Under the pieces are notes generated by a model. The model was not told the DNA's origin and did not search any database. It worked only from the letters and a program-made list of their open reading frames with translations. From Fidelibacterota bacterium (GTDB lineage: Bacteria > Fidelibacterota > Marinisomatia > SCGC-AAA003-L08 > TS1B11): a DNA stretch of 64,000 bases. Both the position numbers and the translations under genes were made by a program. The stretch spans positions 156,654 through 220,653 of the forward strand of contig SCKJ01000003.1 of the NCBI GenBank assembly GCA_004124875.1. Reading direction: 5' to 3'. Positions 58,760-64,000 of the stretch are shown here, one piece after another; within the stretch, counting starts at the first letter, position 1; every line of letters starts with the position of its first letter.

Positions 58760-61069
58760 TTATTTAAGTAAAACCATCTTTATCGACTTGCTGAACCCTG
58801 GAGATACCATGCGGGCCACATAGACCCCCGAGGGCAAGGTCGCTCCATTTATGTCCCGGCCGTTCCAGGTGATGGTATGATATCCGGCTTTATGATACCC
58901 TTCAGCCGGTCTGCTGACCTCCCGCCCGGCCAAGTCATAGATCGTCAGATACAGGTCGCCTGCCTCGGGCATGTCAAACCGCAAGGTGGTGCTGGGGTTG
59001 AACGGATTTGGGTAGTTGGGATGCAGGGCGTACCTCTCCGGCAGCCCGGCGCCGGCTACAATCCCCAGACTGGAGAGCGCTACCGCCGCGGAGGCTAAAC
59101 CCAGGTTGTTGTGGATATCCTCTGCCACCACCACATAGGCATGGTCCAGGCCATCTGTCGGCATGGCGATGGAGGCCTCAGTGCTGATGGTATAGGCCAG
59201 CGAGGCCCCAGGATCAAAACTTCCAGCTATGCTCTCAAATATGTGGTAGCCCATGAGGTCCGGGGCATACACCGGGGCCCACGTGAAGGTTATCAGCCCG
59301 GCGGAGATGCTCGCTGAAACGCTGCCCACTGAATCGGGGGCCAGGTTGTCCACGGAGTAGCCTGAATCGGGCTCGGACGAGTAAAAGATGGGGCCGCCGC
59401 TCGGGCTTATATCGTCATAAGAATGGGCGGTCACCCTGTAAGTGAACCAGGGTGTGCCGGCTTTGCTGCTATCTGCCAGAGTGGAGGCCACAAAATAGTA
59501 TACCGTATCACCCGTGGCATCGAAAGACCCCAGGGCATCCCACGTCTCATTACCCAACTTCCGCCAGATTGAGTAGCTGCTAATAAGTAGTTCAATGTTG
59601 TTGGAATCCCGCACGGCCAAAGACAGGGTGTCGAGCCAACTGGCCTGGAAGCGCAGCCTTACCTGCCCTCCCTGGTCAGCCGGGATATCCATAATCGATG
59701 CCACTTCAGGGGCGGGGACGACGGCCAAAGGGTCGTCATTGACAAAGGCGAACCTGGACGAATTCTCCCATACCGAGTTAACCCCGTCCCATCTTTCCAC
59801 CAAAGAATGGGCCAAGGTGTAGCTGTCACTCCAGGTGTTGGTGAACCGGGATAGGGGCGCCCAGCTGGCGGAAGCGACGTCCCACGTGGAGAATAGCCGG
59901 GTCAGCCGGCGGTCCTGCGTATCATAAGTATATATAAATTGAAACCCGGAAATGGCAGTCGTACTATAGGTGTTGTTGAAAAAATCAAAGTACCCTTCGT
60001 TCTGGAATAGTGTCAGATTTCCGTTGTCATCATAGTTATAAGTAGTTAGGGAAGCGAGGTTCCATATGCCGGCAACATCATCCCAAACTTCACGGCTGCT
60101 ACTGGCCAGGTTGCTCCCGTCGTAGGTAAGGGTAAACCTGTAGCGGTCAATCCACGCCGGTAAGTCGCTGTCCCAGGTCTGCCAGAGAAAAGACAAGAGA
60201 TTGCCGCTGGTATCATAGGTATAGGCAGTAAAGAGCAATGAATTGACATAGTCGCTGATTGCCGCGTCCCAGGTCTCGTGAAGGTAAGTGGTCAATTGGT
60301 TGTTCGTATAGGTCCAGGTATCCCGTGAATCAGTGACCCAGGTCAAGGTGGTGGTATCCCAGCGCTCATTAAGGTCCTGGGTGTGGTTGCCGTTGGCGTC
60401 ATAGCTGCTGGTCCACCGGAAGCCACCCGTCTGCTCACCGGTGTCGGTGTTCCAACTTTCGCTCTGGTAAAAAGTCCGGTTGTTGTTGGCATCATAGGTC
60501 TGGGTAACAGAGAAATACTTCGCCCAGGCGCCAGTATTGATGTTCCAACTTTCGAACTGATAGTACGTCAAATTGCCATTGGCATCGTAGGTATAAAATG
60601 CCTGGATATTGTTTGTCCAGCTAAAAAAGGTGCCGTCGAAGTTTTCGAAAATAAGATGAGTCAGGTTTTCGGCGGCGTCCCAGGTGTAACCGTTACTGCG
60701 AGTTGTGCGGAATGCCGAGCCATCCCAGGTCTGATTAAAATAGACTTCAGTACGGGCGGCGGCGGTTTTGGCCAGCCTGAAAGGTGATCCCGGGTTGAGG
60801 AAGAGGTGGGGCGCCTCATCAAACAGGGCTCCGGTCCCTTCGCCAAAAAGTAAATCCATGTCACCGGAGGCAAGGGCCTCCAGGGTCATTTCTCCCAGGA
60901 GGGTCGGGATCAGCGCAGCATCCAGCGGGCCGTGAAGTTTGAGCCGCATGATCTGCTCAGGCGATTGATACCCGGCCAGCTCAGCAGGGAGCAAGGCCTT
61001 TCCCTGGGCAAGGGCGGCATCTGCCCAAAAACATACCGATAACGCGAGGATTGTTGGCAATTTCTGCAT
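58760..61069 (-). CDS. T9SS C-terminal sorting-domain protein with tandem W/YD-rich beta repeats and a probable Ig-like domain
   Basis: Signal peptide MQKLPTILALSVCFWADAALAQ (start moved from 61165 to 61069). About 12 degenerate repeats of the form xxW(D/N)xxxxxWxxxxRxxxTYDxNGN. The C-terminus (HPNYPNPFNPSTTLRFDMPEAGDLYLTIYDLAGREV...GVYVARMVSPGFSKSIKMVLLK) is a T9SS type-A sorting domain. Confidence 0.7.
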   Translation of the reverse strand: MQKLPTILALSVCFWADAALAQGKALLPAELAGYQSPEQIMRLKLHGPLDAALIPTLLGEMTLEALASGDMDLLFGEGTGALFDEAPHLFLNPGSPFRLAKTAAARTEVYFNQTWDGSAFRTTRSNGYTWDAAENLTHLIFENFDGTFFSWTNNIQAFYTYDANGNLTYYQFESWNINTGAWAKYFSVTQTYDANNNRTFYQSESWNTDTGEQTGGFRWTSSYDANGNHTQDLNERWDTTTLTWVTDSRDTWTYTNNQLTTYLHETWDAAISDYVNSLLFTAYTYDTSGNLLSFLWQTWDSDLPAWIDRYRFTLTYDGSNLASSSREVWDDVAGIWNLASLTTYNYDDNGNLTLFQNEGYFDFFNNTYSTTAISGFQFIYTYDTQDRRLTRLFSTWDVASASWAPLSRFTNTWSDSYTLAHSLVERWDGVNSVWENSSRFAFVNDDPLAVVPAPEVASIMDIPADQGGQVRLRFQASWLDTLSLAVRDSNNIELLISSYSIWRKLGNETWDALGSFDATGDTVYYFVASTLADSSKAGTPWFTYRVTAHSYDDISPSGGPIFYSSEPDSGYSVDNLAPDSVGSVSASISAGLITFTWAPVYAPDLMGYHIFESIAGSFDPGASLAYTISTEASIAMPTDGLDHAYVVVAEDIHNNLGLASAAVALSSLGIVAGAGLPERYALHPNYPNPFNPSTTLRFDMPEAGDLYLTIYDLAGREVSRPAEGYHKAGYHTITWNGRDINGATLPSGVYVARMVSPGFSKSIKMVLLK

Positions 61070-61212
61070 GAGGACCCCTGGAGTTTGCCGTTGTGACGGC
61101 AGCATAACACTGGCAGCGTCATTTGACTGAACACGAAGAGTACAGTCTGGATTTTGATTATGCAATAGAAATTTATTTCGTTTTCTTCTACCCGCTGGCG
61201 GCCGACAATAGT

Positions 61213-61305
61213 CAGTGGCAGCAGCAGTAGCAGTTCGCCGTAGGCAAAAACCTAAAACCTAAAACCTGAAACTTGAAACCTGAAACCTGAAACCTGAAAC
61301 CTGTG
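61213..61305. repeat. Intergenic simple-sequence repeats: CAGTGGCAG-like block followed by (AAACCTG)n heptamer array
   Basis: agtggcagcagcagtagcagttcgcc, then aaaacctaaaacctaaaacctgaaacttgaaacctgaaacctgaaacctgaaacctg (about 9 units). Confidence 0.8.
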
Positions 61306-61415
61306 GCTAGTGGGCAGTTGCAGGAGCAGTGAAGATTCGAGTTTCGGGTTCCCAATCTTCGATCTGCAATCGTCAATCATCACTACTCAGCTATCAGGAG
61401 TCTCTCGCCGCGCCG

Positions 61416-62321
61416 CTACTTGTTGCTCACATGCTCCATAATGCCGCGGATGGTGTTGCCTTGTGGTCTCAGGTCGGCAGTGAGGGCAATATTCTGGCGG
61501 TAGGATCGGTTGACATACAGGTAGATACCCGGCACCTCGAACAGTTTCATGCCGTCAGGACTGGCCTCATTTTTATAGGCAGCAATGATGATGACATCCT
61601 TGTATTCGTCACCGTTCACGTCCCTGAATGCCACGGCGATGATCTTTTGGGCCGACCAGGTATTGCCGGAGAAACTTTCAAACTCATAAACCGGCTTGCC
61701 ATTTTTCAACAGGTAAAAATTGAAATTCCCCGAGTTGGTCTCATCGAAGTAGGAGGTAAACAGCACTTCGCCAAAATGAGGGAGCTCCACCTCGAACGAC
61801 TGGCGCAGCAGCATACGGCCTTTGATCGCAAGGCCCTCTTTGGCGCGTTTGCTGCGCAGCAGTGAAACCATTTCAGTGCGGCCGTTGGAAAGGGCCGCAG
61901 CCAGCGGGGAGTCTCCGCTGTTGCTGGCCAGATCAATGTCAGCGCCGTTGCTCAGCAGCATTTCAGCGATGGCTACATGGTCAGCCACTGCCGCCCTGAA
62001 CAGCGGCGTGATGCCCAGTTCGTTCACCTGGTTCAGTTCGGCGCCGCTCAGGATGAAGAGCTGCGCCAATTCAACATGGCCAAAATCCGCGGCGTAATGC
62101 AGCGGCGTATCGCCCTGTTCATCCTGCACATTGACGTTTGCGCCATCCTCGATCAAATCTTCGGCGTCATCCATATCAGGCTCGCGGGCTGCGGCGACGG
62201 TCAACAGTTCCAGGCTCAGGACTTCCGGAGATTTATCTTCGGAGCACGAAGCCGCCAAGACGGCAAAGCTGAGGCCGGCCACAATCCGGCGAATTTTTCC
62301 AGGCGTGAGTCGGCCCATCAT
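61416..62321 (-). CDS. Ankyrin-repeat lipoprotein with C-terminal domain of unknown function
   Basis: Lipobox (LAASCSE) and three ankyrin repeats (GDTPLHYAADFGHVELAQLFILSGAELN; GITPLFRAAVADHVAIAEMLLSNGADID; GDSPLAAALSNGRTEMVSLL). Confidence 0.75.
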   Translation of the reverse strand: MMGRLTPGKIRRIVAGLSFAVLAASCSEDKSPEVLSLELLTVAAAREPDMDDAEDLIEDGANVNVQDEQGDTPLHYAADFGHVELAQLFILSGAELNQVNELGITPLFRAAVADHVAIAEMLLSNGADIDLASNSGDSPLAAALSNGRTEMVSLLRSKRAKEGLAIKGRMLLRQSFEVELPHFGEVLFTSYFDETNSGNFNFYLLKNGKPVYEFESFSGNTWSAQKIIAVAFRDVNGDEYKDVIIIAAYKNEASPDGMKLFEVPGIYLYVNRSYRQNIALTADLRPQGNTIRGIMEHVSNK

Positions 62322-62872
62322 GATTATTTTACGTTGCTCTCATTTTGCTGCCATTGCCCTCAAAAGTTAATGGGCCGCTCAGCCCCATGATGCGCCGCAT
62401 GAAAGTGAGCAGTTTCGGCCAAGGTCCCATAATGACGGAAGTATCTGCCCTTTTGGCATAGCCGCCGCTGCCGGCTCTGCTCGTGGCCGAAAGGTTGTTT
62501 TGCCCGCTTTCATCATCGGTGATCGTGGGAATATCTGAAGGGCACGACATATTACTTTTCCCTGTGGCGACGCTGTATGGGGCCAAAGCTAACACTCATG
62601 GTGGCCATTGCCCATGCACCGGGTCACAAATTCTCCGCATTTTCAGGGATGATCAGGGGTACTGGAACCCCGGAAGCACACTATTCCGAACCCTTCCGAA
62701 GCTGATATCACGCCCGGCCTGGACTCGTCTGCGCCGGCGACTTTTACCCCGTCTTCGAGATAGGGACTGTGCCAGGTAAAATCAGCTATGTCTTGGAAAT
62801 TTGGCCCCTGCCGCTTAGTTTCAGGCCCTCAATGCCCAAGTGTCTCGTTGTCGAGGATGAAAAGGAGAAATT

Positions 62873-63787
62873 GTGAGAGTTGTATACCGAGGTGATCTGG
62901 ACGGAACAGTATGCGCGGCGATATTGATGGATATAGGTCTGTGCAATGATTTGTCCCAGGCGCATCCCAAAGATATGCAGGATGGGAAGATCGAGATCAG
63001 CGCGAGGGACATTCTTTGCAACTTGCCGTACCATCCCGACTGCGCCATGTGGTTTGACCATCATAGCAGCGAAATAGACAGCGCTGATTTTCCCAAGAAA
63101 TTCAGGGGCTTGGTCGAAAATGCGCCCAGCGCGGCGCGGCTTGTTTACCGCTATTTCCTGCCGGATAATCCTGAGCTCGAAAAATATAGCGATCTGGTTG
63201 ACGAGACCGATATGTACGACAGCGCTCAACTTGATTTGCAACAGGTTCGCCTGGCCGAAGGGACCATCCTGCTCGGCTTCCTGCTCGATCCGAGGACCGG
63301 CCTGGGGCATAACAAGGACTTCCGTATCAGCAATTACCAGTGGTCGATAAAGCTTCCCGAACTGCTCACGAAGCACACCATCAAAGAGATTCTCGCCATG
63401 CCCGACACCTTCGAGAGGATGCGCGTCTACGACCAGATGCAGGAAAAAGGGGCCGACTTTTTAGCCGAGAATTCCATGCTGGATGGCAACGTGATCGTAT
63501 CAGATCTTCGCGGCAAGGATATCATCCCCGCAAACCGCTTCATGATCTATACCCTGCCCGGTTTCGAGAGCGGCAACATCTCGGTGCGCATTGCCGATGG
63601 CAAGAAAGGTGAATTTGCCACCATATCCGTGGGACACTCCATCTTCAATCGAACGTCCACCGTCGATGCCGGAGCGCTGTGCAAGCAGTACGGCGGCGGC
63701 GGCCACGTAGGCGCGGCCACCTGTCAACCGACCCTCGCGGAGGCCGATAAGGTGTTCAAGGCTATCGTGGCGGCCTGCCAGGAATAG
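62873..63787 (+). CDS. DHH-family phosphoesterase (NrnA-like, DHH + DHHA1)
   Basis: DHH motif (AMWFDHHSSE), N-terminal DLDGTVCAAIL, and the DHHA1 GGGH motif (QYGGGGHVGAATC). Confidence 0.7.
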   Translation: MRVVYRGDLDGTVCAAILMDIGLCNDLSQAHPKDMQDGKIEISARDILCNLPYHPDCAMWFDHHSSEIDSADFPKKFRGLVENAPSAARLVYRYFLPDNPELEKYSDLVDETDMYDSAQLDLQQVRLAEGTILLGFLLDPRTGLGHNKDFRISNYQWSIKLPELLTKHTIKEILAMPDTFERMRVYDQMQEKGADFLAENSMLDGNVIVSDLRGKDIIPANRFMIYTLPGFESGNISVRIADGKKGEFATISVGHSIFNRTSTVDAGALCKQYGGGGHVGAATCQPTLAEADKVFKAIVAACQE

Positions 63788-63861
63788 CGCGGGATCTTGC
63801 CGGCAAACACCTCTAATGGCCGCTCAGCCCAGCGGGTGTCCAACATTCGATAGGGCTTCAG

Positions 63862-64000
63862 CTAAAAAGTGAGACTCATGCCGAAAGTAGGTATGAGGGG
63901 GAACATATAGACCGGTTGCCGATAGAGGACTGGGGCGGGTCGCCGCCGCAGGGCCAGAGGCAGATTATCATCGTCGTAGGTCATGATCTCGATGACGGAC
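63862..64000 (-). CDS. 3' end of an unidentified CDS that continues beyond the window
   Basis: The reverse frame reads ...SVIEIMTYDDDNLPLALRRRPAPVLYRQPVYMFPLIPTFGMSLTF-stop, open to the window edge. No family was recognized. Confidence 0.25.
   Translation of the reverse strand, partial: SVIEIMTYDDDNLPLALRRRPAPVLYRQPVYMFPLIPTFGMSLTF

Noticed and set aside
61245-61305. Possible CRISPR array
   Set aside because: The units are 7-nt perfect tandem repeats with no spacers and no cas genes nearby. This is a microsatellite, not CRISPR.
62786-63376. Minus-strand 196-aa ORF overlapping the DHH phosphoesterase gene
   Set aside because: It is antisense to a gene with clear DHH/DHHA1 motifs and has no motifs of its own.

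Overview
High-GC (~60%) bacterial chromosomal segment, all calls made by eye from the sequence and ORF track (no searches were run). Type IX secretion (T9SS) C-terminal sorting domains on two secreted proteins suggest an FCB-group lineage. The left half (1-28 kb) is core genome: a partial T9SS-sorted protein; an EtfAB-linked membrane Fe-S oxidoreductase; two M16 peptidases; a selenocysteine-containing selD; korAB 2-oxoacid:ferredoxin oxidoreductase; CBS protein; fumC; class A PBP; anion permease; Usp; MFS transporter; an OsmC-like gene with an in-frame TAG; ECF sigma/anti-sigma pair; thioredoxin; penicillin-acylase family protein; GDPD phosphodiesterase; and an M28-PDZ peptidase. At 28.4-31.5 kb a sharply AT-rich three-gene island (DNA methyltransferase, DUF262 ParB-like protein, small HEPN-motif protein) sits between GC-rich core genes. 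It is the best candidate for an undescribed restriction/abortive-infection-like defense module. A tRNA-Arg(TCT) at 37.8 kb is followed by about 16 kb of mosaic accessory DNA (37.9-53.8 kb). Its parts are delimited by degenerate copies of the tRNA 3' half, a tRNA/tmRNA-like 3' fragment and other direct repeats. Cargo there: RHH protein, PLP-dependent decarboxylase, a secreted beta-rich protein, a 1.6 kDa-scale multi-PAS/GAF hybrid histidine kinase, a YjeF-N epimerase, and a 1191-aa tail-fiber-like secreted protein with a C-terminal intramolecular-chaperone domain. The right end holds a nitrobindin-like protein, an SGNH hydrolase, typA/bipA, a TolB-like propeller gene flanked by a ~170-bp duplication of the typA 3' end, a second T9SS-sorted repeat protein, an ankyrin lipoprotein and a DHH phosphoesterase. 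A family of intergenic simple-sequence repeats recurs at three loci. No CRISPR array, rRNA or recognizable integrase/transposase gene was seen.
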